From: Oscillospiraceae bacterium
GTDB taxonomy: Bacteria; Bacillota; Clostridia; Oscillospirales; Ruminococcaceae
Direction: 5' to 3'
Length of the DNA: 32,048 nucleotides
Assembly: GCA_051888545.1 (NCBI GenBank)
Contig: JBJFBR010000243.1
Location: 1 to 32,048 of the forward strand
Below, piece by piece: positions 1 through 9,723 of the stretch. How positions within the stretch are numbered: the first letter of the stretch is position 1; each line of letters starts with the position of its first letter. The notes beneath the pieces were generated by a model, which saw nothing but the letters and a program-made list of their open reading frames with translations, was not told where the DNA came from and did no database searches. The translations under genes were made by a program, and so were the position numbers.

Positions 1-649
1 AACAACATCATCTCTGGTATATTGCTGGATCTCAATGGTTTTGCTTTTGCCTTTAGTTATGAGAAAGGGTACAAAATTCAAAGCCCGTAATATTTTTATT
101 GTAATATTGTTTGTTTGTATGTTTGTATATGCAGACCTGCAGACCTATTTCCTGGGGGAAGCTTCTGTAAGAAAATCAATGCTTGAAGGGGGAATTAAGG
201 TCGCCAATGAATACTTCCCTCTTGGTTCAGGATTTGCAACCTATGGCTCCGAAATGGCATCAAGATATTATTCCAAAATATATATAGACTTTGGCTGGCG
301 GTATAGCTGGGCACTCGGCGAAAGCAGTACATATATGAATGATAACTTCTTTGCAAGTATAATTGGACAATTCGGCTGGATCGGCTTTGTGCTTTATCTG
401 TATGCCCTTTATAATCTTTTCAAATCTGTTAATAAAACCTTCAACGCAAAAAGAACCAGAATACTTTCAATAGCAACAATTTTAACAATAGTAGCGGTTA
501 TGATAGGAAGTGCTTCTGCAAAATCAATGATGGGTGTAAATACTTTTGCTGTGCTGGGACTTGTCTGCGGACATGGTTTGCAAAAGCCTGCTGAGGATAA
601 ACAGGAAGATGAACAGCAGACTGAACAGAAAGTAAAACAGGCAGGATAA
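1..649 (+). CDS. C-terminal part of a polytopic membrane protein, probable Wzy/O-antigen ligase-like polysaccharide polymerase (5' truncated by window edge)
   Basis: Frame is open back to the window edge; several hydrophobic segments; FPLGSGFATYG and DN..IIGQFGWIG motifs; lies in a glycosyltransferase/flippase cluster. Confidence 0.6.
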   Translation, partial: TTSSLVYCWISMVLLLPLVMRKGTKFKARNIFIVILFVCMFVYADLQTYFLGEASVRKSMLEGGIKVANEYFPLGSGFATYGSEMASRYYSKIYIDFGWRYSWALGESSTYMNDNFFASIIGQFGWIGFVLYLYALYNLFKSVNKTFNAKRTRILSIATILTIVAVMIGSASAKSMMGVNTFAVLGLVCGHGLQKPAEDKQEDEQQTEQKVKQAG

Positions 650-653
650 TAGT

Positions 654-1646
654 ATGATTAGTGTAATTATTCCGGTGTATAATGTTGAATTATACTTGAA
701 TAAATGTATTGAAAGCATTGTAAAATCAACCTTTTCCAACTTGGAAGTTATTCTTGTTGATGACGGTTCTACTGACAGCAGCGGAAAGATTTGTGATTCC
801 TGGGCAGAAAAAGATTCAAGAATCAAGGTTGTTCATCAGCAAAATAATGGTGTCAGCAGTGCAAGAAATACAGGACTGAAATGCTGCAGCGGTGACTATG
901 TTGCTTTTATAGATGCAGACGATTATATTTCAGAAGATATGTATGAAAAATTATATCAGAATATAACAGATACAAATTCTGATATAGCCGTTTGCGGATA
1001 TTATGAAGAAAATGCTGAAACCGGACAACAAAAGCCTTTTCTTCCGGGTAAAGGAACATATGAAAAATCTGAGGCTGTTAAAGAGTATATAAGTAACGGC
1101 GGCTGTCACCTTACAATCTGGAATAAGTTGTTTAAAAAGAGTATTTGTTATAATTCCGATAATCAAATGATTCTTTTTCCCACGGATTTAACTATCGGCG
1201 AAGATGCAGTCTGGCTGTTGAATGTAACTATGAATGCAAAAAAAGTTGTCTGTCTTGACGAGCCTGAATATACATATATTATAAATCGTGCTGATAGTGC
1301 TGTAACTAAAAGCAAGAGAGAAAATAAAATTCCGGGGTGTAAGTCAAGACTTGAAGCAAGCAAAAGAGGTTATGAGCTTCTTAAAAACCATAATATTGAC
1401 TGCTGTTACCTGATGTACAGAAGATGTGTGTTTTCAGCCAGAGATATAATTTGTGCATATTATTTGTCAGGCGATTCAGAAGAAACCAAAAATTGGATTG
1501 ATATTTTTCATTCTTATTTATCAAGCTATAAAAATATGGTTGGTAAACATTCGGATAAAATGTTTGTTTTGAAAAACACGTTGATATATTATTCCATTAA
1601 ACTGCATTTACCATCAGGTATAACAAAACTATTATTAAATATGTAA
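654..1646 (+). CDS. Glycosyltransferase family 2
   Basis: ISVIIPVYN, VDDGSTD, GVSSARN and FIDADD motifs. Confidence 0.92.
   Translation: MISVIIPVYNVELYLNKCIESIVKSTFSNLEVILVDDGSTDSSGKICDSWAEKDSRIKVVHQQNNGVSSARNTGLKCCSGDYVAFIDADDYISEDMYEKLYQNITDTNSDIAVCGYYEENAETGQQKPFLPGKGTYEKSEAVKEYISNGGCHLTIWNKLFKKSICYNSDNQMILFPTDLTIGEDAVWLLNVTMNAKKVVCLDEPEYTYIINRADSAVTKSKRENKIPGCKSRLEASKRGYELLKNHNIDCCYLMYRRCVFSARDIICAYYLSGDSEETKNWIDIFHSYLSSYKNMVGKHSDKMFVLKNTLIYYSIKLHLPSGITKLLLNM
759..882 (+). repeat. 124-bp near-identical segment, copy 1 (copy 2 at 1776-1899)
   Basis: Manual alignment of the two GT2 genes gives 6 mismatches in 124 bp. Confidence 0.9.
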
Positions 1647-1664
1647 ATAATCAGAGGTTTGAAT

Positions 1665-2642
1665 ATGAGTAAAATCAGTGTTATTGTGCCGGTATATAAT
1701 GCAAAAAATACAATAGATATTTGTGTAAACAGTATTGTTTCACAAAGCTATAAAGATATAGAAGTCCTGCTTATAGATGACGGTTCAACTGACGGCAGCG
1801 GTAAAATTTGTGATTCCTGGGCAGAAAAAGATTCTAGAATCAAGGTTGTTCATCAGCAAAATAATGGTGTCAGCAGTGCAAGAAATGCAGGACTGAAATA
1901 CTGTAATGGAGATTATATTCTGTTTGTTGATGCTGACGATACTATACCTGATAATGCTTTACAGCATTTCTCTGATTATTTCGGCAGTAATTCTGACCTG
2001 ATTATTGGTTCATATAACGAAGTCAGAAATAACAAATACAAAAAAATCATAAAAAAAAGTCGAGAATATGATCAAAATAAAATACAGCAAAATATTAATG
2101 AGTTTGATAAATCGATTAATACTCTTTGGGCTAAGTTGTATAAAAGTGAAATAATTCATCAAAATCACATAGAGTTTAATATTGATCTACCACTAGGCGA
2201 AGACCATATTTTCAATCTGGAATACTGCAAATATGTAAATAAATGTCTGGTAATTGGAGATATAGTATATAATTATACGCTTGGTGGATTTGCAAGCTCA
2301 CTTAAATATTATGAAAATATCAATATTCTTAATATGACTCTGTTGAAGTCTTATGATAACTTTTGTAAAAATAAATCAGAAGTATGCAATTTTTATAAAA
2401 GGAAAATCAGAGCACAATTTATAGGAAGCCTGGTACACTATATTTCATATTGCAGTTATAGTACAGCAAAGAGAAAAGTCCAGGAAACATTTGATATTTA
2501 TAATGAGTATTTAACCGATAAGTGGATTGACTCACAGTATTATTCAGAGTACGAAATAAAAGCAATTCTCAATAAGCAATATAAGCGCTTGATGTATTAT
2601 TTGTACAGAAAAAATTTTTTGAAATTAATATTAAAAAAATAA
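1665..2642 (+). CDS. Glycosyltransferase family 2
   Basis: ISVIVPVYN, IDDGSTD, FVDADD and GED motifs; ATG at 1665 downstream of GAGG. Confidence 0.92.
   Translation: MSKISVIVPVYNAKNTIDICVNSIVSQSYKDIEVLLIDDGSTDGSGKICDSWAEKDSRIKVVHQQNNGVSSARNAGLKYCNGDYILFVDADDTIPDNALQHFSDYFGSNSDLIIGSYNEVRNNKYKKIIKKSREYDQNKIQQNINEFDKSINTLWAKLYKSEIIHQNHIEFNIDLPLGEDHIFNLEYCKYVNKCLVIGDIVYNYTLGGFASSLKYYENINILNMTLLKSYDNFCKNKSEVCNFYKRKIRAQFIGSLVHYISYCSYSTAKRKVQETFDIYNEYLTDKWIDSQYYSEYEIKAILNKQYKRLMYYLYRKNFLKLILKK
1776..1899 (+). repeat. 124-bp near-identical segment, copy 2
   Basis: Matches 759-882. Confidence 0.9.
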
Positions 2643-2696
2643 AACGGTTTTATTTATTAATTATAAAGAAAACATGATTATTTTGGAGGAAAATAT

Positions 2697-3779
2697 ATGA
2701 AAGTCGGAATATTAACTATTTATGATAATTCAAATATGGGCAACAGACTTCAGAATTACGCCTTACAGGAAATTTTGCTTAAATATGCAGATGAAGTTGT
2801 AACAATAAAGAATAAAACAAGGCCAATTTCTCTAAAGGACAGAATAGTACGGTCATCATTTCTTACCGAATCAGTATTAGCAAATAAAATGCTGGGCAAA
2901 AAAAGAAAAATAAAATTTTTACGATTCAATAAAAAATATATAAATATTTCAAAAAAATACTGTTTTTTTGATAATGAAAGCTTTGATTCAAATGTTCCGG
3001 AATGTGACTTATATTGTGCCGGAAGCGATCAGATATGGAATCCTAATTTAAAGCGTTCAGGATATTTTAACTTTTTAGGCTTTTCACCAAGAGAAAAAAA
3101 TTTTTCTTTTTCTGCAAGCTTCGGCATCAGCAGTATTTCTGATGAACATCAGCAGGCTGTTAAACGTGGACTTGAAAATATTAAATATATTTCTGTCCGT
3201 GAAGACGCAGGAAAGAAAATTTCAGAAGATTTAACAGGCAGAAATGATGTGCAGGTTATTATTGACCCTACTATGTACTTTTCAGCAAAGGATTGGGCAA
3301 AAGTAGAAGAAAAGCCTGAATTCTTATCCGATGAAAATTACATATTGACATATTTTCTGGGCGGCATTTCAAAAACACGCTCCGATGAAATTCAGAGAGT
3401 AGCCAATGAAAACGGCTGGAAAATTATAAATATCCTTGATAAGCAATCACCCTATTATAATTCCGGACCAAGTGATTTTGTGTATCTGATTCATCACGCA
3501 AAGCTTGTATGCACCGATTCTTTTCATGCCAGTGTGTTTTCATTTTTGTTTGACACACCCTTGTCAATTTTCAAAAGAGACGGTTTTCAGATTAATATGA
3601 ACAGCCGTCTGGAAACACTGGTGGAGAAATTCAGCCTTGATAAATGCGTAGTTGAAAATGATAAAATAAATTCCAGTATATTTAATGTTGATTATTCAAA
3701 AGGCAAAGAAACTTTAGCGTCAGAAAGAAAAAAAGCTGACAGCTATCTTGATAAGGTATTTAACGGAGAAAAACAATAA
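2697..3779 (+). CDS. Polysaccharide pyruvyl transferase family protein
   Basis: N.GNRLQNYAL, GSDQIWN, SVRE, DPT and TDSFHA motifs; GGAGG RBS. Confidence 0.88.
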   Translation: MKVGILTIYDNSNMGNRLQNYALQEILLKYADEVVTIKNKTRPISLKDRIVRSSFLTESVLANKMLGKKRKIKFLRFNKKYINISKKYCFFDNESFDSNVPECDLYCAGSDQIWNPNLKRSGYFNFLGFSPREKNFSFSASFGISSISDEHQQAVKRGLENIKYISVREDAGKKISEDLTGRNDVQVIIDPTMYFSAKDWAKVEEKPEFLSDENYILTYFLGGISKTRSDEIQRVANENGWKIINILDKQSPYYNSGPSDFVYLIHHAKLVCTDSFHASVFSFLFDTPLSIFKRDGFQINMNSRLETLVEKFSLDKCVVENDKINSSIFNVDYSKGKETLASERKKADSYLDKVFNGEKQ

Positions 3780-5296
3780 TGAAAATAGATCAGCGAAAAG
3801 CAGGCGTTCTGCTTTCATATACCGGCGAAGCCATAAAAATTTTAGTAAATTTAATATATACCCCCATAATGCTCCGCTTGCTCGGACAAAGCGAGTGGGG
3901 ATTATATCAGCTGGTATTTTCGGTAGTATCATATTTAAGCTTGCTCAGTCTGGGCTTTGGGAGCTCATATATGAGATTTTACTCAAGATATAAGGCTAAA
4001 AACGATAATAAAAACATAGCCAGATTAAACGGAATGTTTATGGTTATTTTCTGTTCCATATCGGTGATTTGCCTTCTTTGCGGTGTTGTAATGATATCCA
4101 ATATACACCTGATATTTGGAAACGGACTTACCGCAGCAGAATATGAAACAGCTAAAGTATTAATGGCATTAATGGTACTTAACCTGGCTATAACATTCCC
4201 TAACAGTGTATTTAACTGCTCTGTTACTGCACATGAAAAGTTTCTGTTTCAGAAGCTGCTTATCGTACTGCAAAACCTGTTAAGTCCGTTCCTTACACTT
4301 CCTCTTCTGATTATGGGATATGCGTCAATAGGAATGGTGTCTGTCACAACATTTTTAACCTTAGCAGTATTCATTTCAAATATGATTTTTTGCTTTAAAA
4401 AGCTGCATATCAAATTCATTTTCAGAGGCTTTAAGCTGTCATTGCTGAAAGAAATGTGGGTATTCACTTTCTTTATTTTCCTGAATCAGATTATAGACCA
4501 GATCAACTGGAGTGTCGATAAATTTCTCCTGGGACGTTTGACAGGAACCGTTGCTGTAGGAATTTACGGCGTTGCTTCTCAAATAAATACTATGTACTTA
4601 CAGCTTTCAACATCAGTTTCCAATGTATTTGTTCCAAAAGTTAATCGGATAGTAGCTGAATCTGATGATAATACTGAGCTGACCAGATTATTTACCAAGG
4701 TGGGACGAATTCAGTTTATTATACTTGCTTTGGTGCTGTCAGGATTTATATTCTTTGGAGTACCGTTTATAGATATATGGGCAGGAGACGGCTATGGAAA
4801 AGCTTACCGGGTAGCATTGTTTTTAATAGTTCCTGTAACTGTTCCGCTTATACAGAATCTTGGAATAGAAATACAAAGAGCCAAAAATATGCACAAGGCC
4901 AGATCTGTTGTATATTTATGTATAGCCGTTTCCAATGTATTTGTCAGCATTCCTCTGATTAAGCGTTTTGGAATTTCCGGTGCTGCCTGCGGTACAGCTA
5001 TTACCTTAATTGCAGGTAATATATTTTTTATGAACTGGTATTATCATAAACGTATTGGACTGAATATGGTTTACTTCTGGAAACAAATTGCTTCATTTAT
5101 CCCCGCCCTGATTGCTCCGACCATTCTGGGAATTGTATTTATGAAATTATTCAGTCTTAGCAATCTGCTTGTATTTGCCGTTTGCATAGTAGTTTATGTA
5201 CTTGTTTACTGTGCCTCAATGTGGCTGTTCGGAATGAATAAAGATGAACAGAATTTGATCGCTGCACCGCTAAGCAAAATATTTAAAAGAAAATAG
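3779..5296 (+). CDS. wzx: Wzx-type oligosaccharide flippase
   Basis: 505 aa with many hydrophobic segments; YTP..LRLLGQSEWG and DKFLLG..VGIY patterns; cluster context. Confidence 0.85.
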   Translation: MKIDQRKAGVLLSYTGEAIKILVNLIYTPIMLRLLGQSEWGLYQLVFSVVSYLSLLSLGFGSSYMRFYSRYKAKNDNKNIARLNGMFMVIFCSISVICLLCGVVMISNIHLIFGNGLTAAEYETAKVLMALMVLNLAITFPNSVFNCSVTAHEKFLFQKLLIVLQNLLSPFLTLPLLIMGYASIGMVSVTTFLTLAVFISNMIFCFKKLHIKFIFRGFKLSLLKEMWVFTFFIFLNQIIDQINWSVDKFLLGRLTGTVAVGIYGVASQINTMYLQLSTSVSNVFVPKVNRIVAESDDNTELTRLFTKVGRIQFIILALVLSGFIFFGVPFIDIWAGDGYGKAYRVALFLIVPVTVPLIQNLGIEIQRAKNMHKARSVVYLCIAVSNVFVSIPLIKRFGISGAACGTAITLIAGNIFFMNWYYHKRIGLNMVYFWKQIASFIPALIAPTILGIVFMKLFSLSNLLVFAVCIVVYVLVYCASMWLFGMNKDEQNLIAAPLSKIFKRK

Positions 5297-5353
5297 CAAA
5301 GACAATGATATCACAATAATAGTAAAATGATATCCAAAAGGATGTAAAATAAT

Positions 5354-6310
5354 ATGAATACAAAAGCTGTAGCTTGTTACAACAAAGATGATAAAATTCG
5401 TATGAAAAGTTCTTCAGGCGGAGTATTCTACCTTCTGGCTAAATATGTAATTGAAAACGGCGGAGTTGTTTTCGGAGCCAAATTCAACAAAGACTGGGAA
5501 GTTATACATTCTTATGCCGAAACGCTTGACGGAATATCCGACTTTATGGGAAGCAAGTATGTGCAAAGCTCTATGGGAAATACCTATAAAGATGTTTTGC
5601 AGTTTTTAAAGCAAGACCGTCTTGTTTTATTTTCAGGAACTCCATGTCAGGTATATGGTTTAAAAGCGTTCTTAGGAAAGAATTATGACAATCTTATTAC
5701 TGTTGATTTTGTTTGCCATGGAGTACCTTCAAAGAAAGTCTGGAGAAAATATATTAATTCAGTAACGTCCAAATCAGTACTCACAGAAATCAATATGCGT
5801 GATAAATCTTCAGGCTGGTCAAAATACAACTACAGCTGGAAAATCTCATATAAATCCGGCGAAGAAAAGTTTATAAATCAACACAATATTCCATATATGC
5901 GTGGATTTACAAGTGATTATTATTTAAGACCTTCCTGCTATAAATGCTGTTTTAAAGGAACAGAAAGAATTTCCGATTTCACCTTGGGTGATTACTGGGG
6001 AATATGGGAAATTCAGCCGGATATGGATGATGACAAGGGTACTTCCCTGATTTTAATACATACAGAAAAAGGAATACATATATTTGAAACGTTATCTGAT
6101 TTTATGGTATATCAACCTGCTATATTGGATAAAGCAGTTCAAAAAAATCCGAGCATTGTCATTTCATCAACGAAAACAAATAAACGTGCAGAGTTTTTCC
6201 AACGATTTAACAACGGTGAAAATTTTGAAGAAATTATAAAAGATATTTCCAGACCTTCACTGAAATCTAAAATCAAAGGCAAAATCAAGAAAATTTTAAG
6301 TAAAGTATAA
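5354..6310 (+). CDS. Coenzyme F420 hydrogenase/dehydrogenase beta-subunit-like protein of polysaccharide loci
   Basis: SSSGG, GSKYVQS, GTPCQ, CHGVPS, LRPSCY.C and SDFTLGDYWG motifs. Confidence 0.85.
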   Translation: MNTKAVACYNKDDKIRMKSSSGGVFYLLAKYVIENGGVVFGAKFNKDWEVIHSYAETLDGISDFMGSKYVQSSMGNTYKDVLQFLKQDRLVLFSGTPCQVYGLKAFLGKNYDNLITVDFVCHGVPSKKVWRKYINSVTSKSVLTEINMRDKSSGWSKYNYSWKISYKSGEEKFINQHNIPYMRGFTSDYYLRPSCYKCCFKGTERISDFTLGDYWGIWEIQPDMDDDKGTSLILIHTEKGIHIFETLSDFMVYQPAILDKAVQKNPSIVISSTKTNKRAEFFQRFNNGENFEEIIKDISRPSLKSKIKGKIKKILSKV

Positions 6311-6343
6311 GCTTTTTATTTATTATATTTTGGAGTGAAATTT

Positions 6344-6553
6344 ATGCCAAATGTACCGGTTTTATATAAAAATAAAGAAGACTGCTGTGGCTGTTCAGCT
6401 TGCTATGCTGTCTGCCCTAAAAATGCAATTATAATGACAGAAGACGATGAAGGATTTGAATATCCGGAAATTGATGAAACTAAATGCGTACAATGCCATA
6501 AATGCGTAAGCGTTTGCCCGATCAAGCAGAAAGATGACATAAGAAAAAGCTGA
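6344..6553 (+). CDS. 2x[4Fe-4S] dicluster ferredoxin-like protein
   Basis: Two CxxCxxCxxxCP motifs; ATG at 6344 after GGAG. Confidence 0.85.
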   Translation: MPNVPVLYKNKEDCCGCSACYAVCPKNAIIMTEDDEGFEYPEIDETKCVQCHKCVSVCPIKQKDDIRKS

Positions 6554-6586
6554 TAAAAAGACTATATAAATTTTAAGTTTAAGGAC

Positions 6587-7831
6587 GTGGGGATAATGAA
6601 TTTACAAATGCAGAATTTAATGACGGCAGTAAGCAACGCTCTGCATAAAACAAATATACCATTGCAAGACCCGGATTTTGATGAAATTTTTAAACTTGCT
6701 TCTGTTCATTCTATACTGCCTATCGCTTTTGAAGGCTGTATTGCTGATGAAAAATTCAAGGATTTCAGCGACTCCGTCAAATACAAAAATGGAGTGTATC
6801 AGCTTATCTTCTTGCAGGCTACACGTGCTGCAAAATTTACCGATATTTATTCAAAGCTTATTGAAAACGGAATTACCCCGCTTGTTGTAAAGGGTATTTT
6901 CTGCCGGAATATGTACGGCGATCTGTGTGACCACCGACCATCATCTGATGAAGATGTTTTAATACCTCTTAAAGATTTCTCAAAAGCAAAAGATATCTTA
7001 ATGAGCAATGGATTTAACTTAAAAAATATTTCTTGTACTGAAATTAAAGATATAAGTGAATTGCCTCAGGATTTGTCTACCGTTCAAGAGGTAACTTTTT
7101 ATAACATTGAAAGCCGACTAAGCATTGAACTCCATATTAATCTGTTTAGTGAGCGTGATGAAATGTTCCTGGCTTCAAACGATTACTTCAAAGATGTTTT
7201 TGACAACTATGTAAGTTTTGTAGTAAACGGTCAGCAATTCTACACAATAGAATACACTAAAAACTACATATTCTTGTTTTTGCATTTGTATAAGCATTTT
7301 ATCACTTTCGGCGTAGGTATCCGTCAGATAATCGACCTGCTTATGTTTAAAGAAAAATATGGCCAGCTTATAGACTGGAACGAAGTTGAACGAGTTATAA
7401 AATCAAAATCACTATGGCAGTTTTATGAGGACTTGATTGCCATTGGTAACGAATATCTTGGATTTTCTTTCCCGGATATTCACGGAAGCAAATATATAGA
7501 TATGCTCCTTGCAGATATTGAGAAATCCGGCACATTCGGTACCACAAGCAAAGAACACGCAAAAAGTTCAGCTTTTATAGACTCAGCAATGCTTTCAGAC
7601 AGCGGCAATCAGAGCAAAATTTCCATACTGTTTCCACCTTATGACAAGATGAAAATAGGCTATCCTGTACTATATAAAATGCCATGGCTTTTGCCTTTTA
7701 TGTGGATAAAGCGTCTTTTCAAATATTTTATCAAGCTGTTCAACAAAAAAGACCGCAGTTCTATTTCAGAGTCCAAAGATATTGCCAATGAAAGACTAAA
7801 ACTGCTTAAAAAATACAATATAATTAAATAA
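6587..7831 (+). CDS. Uncharacterised nucleotidyltransferase family protein (NTP_transf_5-like)
   Basis: VKG...Y...RPSSDEDVL and IELH motifs. Confidence 0.75.
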   Translation: MGIMNLQMQNLMTAVSNALHKTNIPLQDPDFDEIFKLASVHSILPIAFEGCIADEKFKDFSDSVKYKNGVYQLIFLQATRAAKFTDIYSKLIENGITPLVVKGIFCRNMYGDLCDHRPSSDEDVLIPLKDFSKAKDILMSNGFNLKNISCTEIKDISELPQDLSTVQEVTFYNIESRLSIELHINLFSERDEMFLASNDYFKDVFDNYVSFVVNGQQFYTIEYTKNYIFLFLHLYKHFITFGVGIRQIIDLLMFKEKYGQLIDWNEVERVIKSKSLWQFYEDLIAIGNEYLGFSFPDIHGSKYIDMLLADIEKSGTFGTTSKEHAKSSAFIDSAMLSDSGNQSKISILFPPYDKMKIGYPVLYKMPWLLPFMWIKRLFKYFIKLFNKKDRSSISESKDIANERLKLLKKYNIIK

Positions 7832-7847
7832 ACTTATTGTTATACAG

Positions 7848-7878
7848 AAAAAATCCCGACAGATTTACTGCCGGGATT
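7848..7878 (-). terminator. Intrinsic terminator, T-tract on minus strand, possibly bidirectional
   Basis: Minus strand AATCCCGGCAG-TAAAT-CTGTCGGGATTTTTT. Confidence 0.65.
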
Positions 7879-7890
7879 ATTATTTGTTCA

Positions 7891-8061
7891 TTACTTCACT
7901 TTAATGCTCTTTGTTGCAAAAGCTCCATTAAATGTTGTTCCGTTTATGATTCTGTATGCTATGACTGTAAAGTAATAAATCTTGCCTTTTGTAAGACCTG
8001 TTTTAGTAAAGCTTGTAGTACTGTTGTTTACAGTCTTCAGGAATTTCCAGACGCTGCTTTT
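7891..8061 (-). pseudogene. Start-less remnant encoding the C-terminal half of a fibronectin type III-like repeat
   Basis: Manual translation KSSVWKFLKTVNNSTTSFTKTGLTKGKIYYFTVIAYRIINGTTFNGAFATKSIKVK*; in-frame TAA just upstream; terminator just downstream. Confidence 0.55.
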
Positions 8062-8124
8062 TTATCTGCTGCAACGCTTCTGTTGCAAATCTACAAAAGT
8101 TTTAATAATTTTGCCCTGAATCCC

Positions 8125-8153
8125 TTGACATAGTTTGTGTTTTGTGATATAAT
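8125..8153 (+). promoter_or_regulatory. Sigma-A promoter of tRNA-Leu
   Basis: TTGACA-17 bp-TATAAT with extended -10 TG. Confidence 0.85.
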
Positions 8154-8171
8154 AATTTTTGCAATGTTAAT

Positions 8172-8258
8172 GCCGGTGTGATGGAATTGGCAGACGTGCT
8201 GGACTCAAAATCCAGTGGTAGCGATACCGTGTCGGTTCGACCCCGACCACCGGCACCA
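8172..8258 (+). tRNA. tRNA-Leu(CAA)
   Basis: Acceptor stem GCCGGTG/CACCGGC, anticodon arm CTGGA-CTCAAAA-TCCAG, long variable arm, GTTCGA T-loop, encoded CCA. Confidence 0.96.
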
Positions 8259-8261
8259 ATA

Positions 8262-8302
8262 AAAAAATGTCCGTTATCAGTTTTTGATAACGGATATTTT
8301 TT
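8262..8302. terminator. Terminator hairpin between convergent tRNA-Leu and ssrA
   Basis: AAAAAATGTCCGTTATCA / TGATAACGGATATTTTTT inverted repeat. Confidence 0.75.
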
Positions 8303-8347
8303 GTTAATTTGTAAAAAAGCTGCCGCATTTATTATGCAGCAGCATTT

Positions 8348-8705
8348 TGGTGGAGATGAGGAGAATCGAACTCCTGTCCGAAAATCAATCCCCATGAATT
8401 TCTACGAGTATATTCTGTTATTCCGGAAAATCCCGTTCCCTTGCAAAAAGGCAAGCAGACACGCCTTTATGCTTGGTAGGCTGAAATACATTGAAAAGTT
8501 ACAGCCATGGCTTAACAACGTTCACCACTAGTCGGCGCCTTTACCTAAGCCGTGGTACTCAAAGGCAAGACGAGCAGCAATTAAGCAGCTGCTAATTCAA
8601 AATTATCGTTGTCGTCTAATTTTAAAACGTACGCCGTTTTAAGAGTGTGCGCTCCTCTACTCGCTTATCATGCTTCATAATCCCCGTCGAAACCATTGCA
8701 TCCCC
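8348..8705 (-). ncRNA. ssrA: tmRNA; tag peptide (A)DNDNFELAAA*
   Basis: 5' end GGGGATGCAATGGTTTCGACGGG; 3' end GTTCGATTCTCCTCATCTCCACCA; tag frame at 8613-8581; directly downstream of smpB. Confidence 0.95.
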
Positions 8706-8730
8706 ATAGTATCAAGGTTTTAGTCAATCT

Positions 8731-9201
8731 TTACCTCTCGCGTTCTTTCATTGCTCTTTCAATGTCACGCTGAGCCGCACGCTTCGCCATGTCATCCCGC
8801 TTGTCGTGAAGTTTCTTGCCTTTGCATAAACCAAGAGCCAGCTTGACTCTGCTTCCTTTGAAATATAAAGACATGGGAATAAGCGTCAGACCTTCCTGCT
8901 TTACCTTTCCCAGAAGTCGGTTAATTTCTTTTTTGTGCAAAAGCAGCCTGCGTACACGCAAAGGATCACGATTGAAAATGTTTCCCTGCTCGTATGGTGA
9001 AATGTGCATTCCTTTTACCCACATCTCGCCGTCTTCAATAGTGCACCATGAATCTTTAAGGTTAACTCCCCCGTTGCGGATGGATTTTACCTCGGTGCCA
9101 ACCAGCTCAATACCACATTCGATTTGCTCAAGAACAAAGTAATCATGCCGTGCTTTTCTGTTGTCAGCAATTTGTTTTGTCTCGCTTTTATTGATTGCCA
9201 T
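8731..9201 (-). CDS. smpB: SsrA-binding protein SmpB
   Basis: [29 protein letters not shown] and GKKLHDKR motifs. Confidence 0.98.
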   Translation of the reverse strand: MAINKSETKQIADNRKARHDYFVLEQIECGIELVGTEVKSIRNGGVNLKDSWCTIEDGEMWVKGMHISPYEQGNIFNRDPLRVRRLLLHKKEINRLLGKVKQEGLTLIPMSLYFKGSRVKLALGLCKGKKLHDKRDDMAKRAAQRDIERAMKERER

Positions 9202-9234
9202 GTTCTTTCACTCTCCTTAAATGGTTTGAACTTG

Positions 9235-9263
9235 ATTATATCATTTTTTACAGCTCTTGTCAA
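9235..9263 (-). promoter_or_regulatory. Sigma-A promoter of smpB-ssrA
   Basis: Minus strand TTGACA-17 bp-TATAAT with extended -10 TG. Confidence 0.85.
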
Positions 9264-9638
9264 GAAATTTTCTGCTCATAATATCATAAATATTGTCGGT
9301 TTGTCAGGAATGCATTACAAAGAGTTAAAGAACTTAGCCGAAAGTTAAGACAGCATTCACATATTCAGAGAACAATTTCCGGCTCAGCGGACGCGTAGGA
9401 ATATTATTGTAATTTCGACAAACTGACGAAACAAATTTAACATCTATCTGAATATGCTGTACCATATTTTTCATACAGCTTGACGGCAGCAGATTATTTG
9501 TGTTATAGTAGTATAATAGATTTGTTTACTTCATTCACAGCTTAACTGTAACACAGATTGAGCTTTTCCGCTGCTTTTCTATATAATGTAACGCTTTTGT
9601 CAACCTACAAGTATCTGAAACATTTTTATATAAACATC

Positions 9639-9667
9639 TTGCAATTTTAGCTGATATGTTGTATAAT
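9639..9667 (+). promoter_or_regulatory. Sigma-A promoter of the host tRNA-Ser gene
   Basis: TTGCAA-17 bp-TATAAT ending 15 bp before the tRNA 5' end. Confidence 0.75.
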
Positions 9668-9682
9668 GAAAAAGTAACTTTT

Positions 9683-9723
9683 GGAGACGTATCGAAGTGG
9701 TCATAACGGACATGACTCGAAAT
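9683..9723 (+). pseudogene. 5' half of host tRNA-Ser(CGA), interrupted at the anticodon loop (attL)
   Basis: GGAGACG-TA-TCGAAGTGGTCATAACGG-A-CATGA-CTCGAAA-T followed by non-tRNA sequence; pairs with 27079-27135. Confidence 0.92.

Noticed and set aside
2631-2677. Phase-variable A7 tract at the end of the second GT2 gene
   Set aside because: One extra A would add only about 13 residues, and A-runs are common in this AT-rich locus.
8102-8531. ORFs 8102-8395 (-) and 8178-8531 (+)
   Set aside because: They overlap tRNA-Leu and tmRNA and are shadow frames.
8172-8705. Polysaccharide locus as an island integrated at tRNA-Leu or ssrA
   Set aside because: No duplicated 3' fragment or associated integrase seen in the window, and the tRNA-Leu 3' end faces away from the locus.
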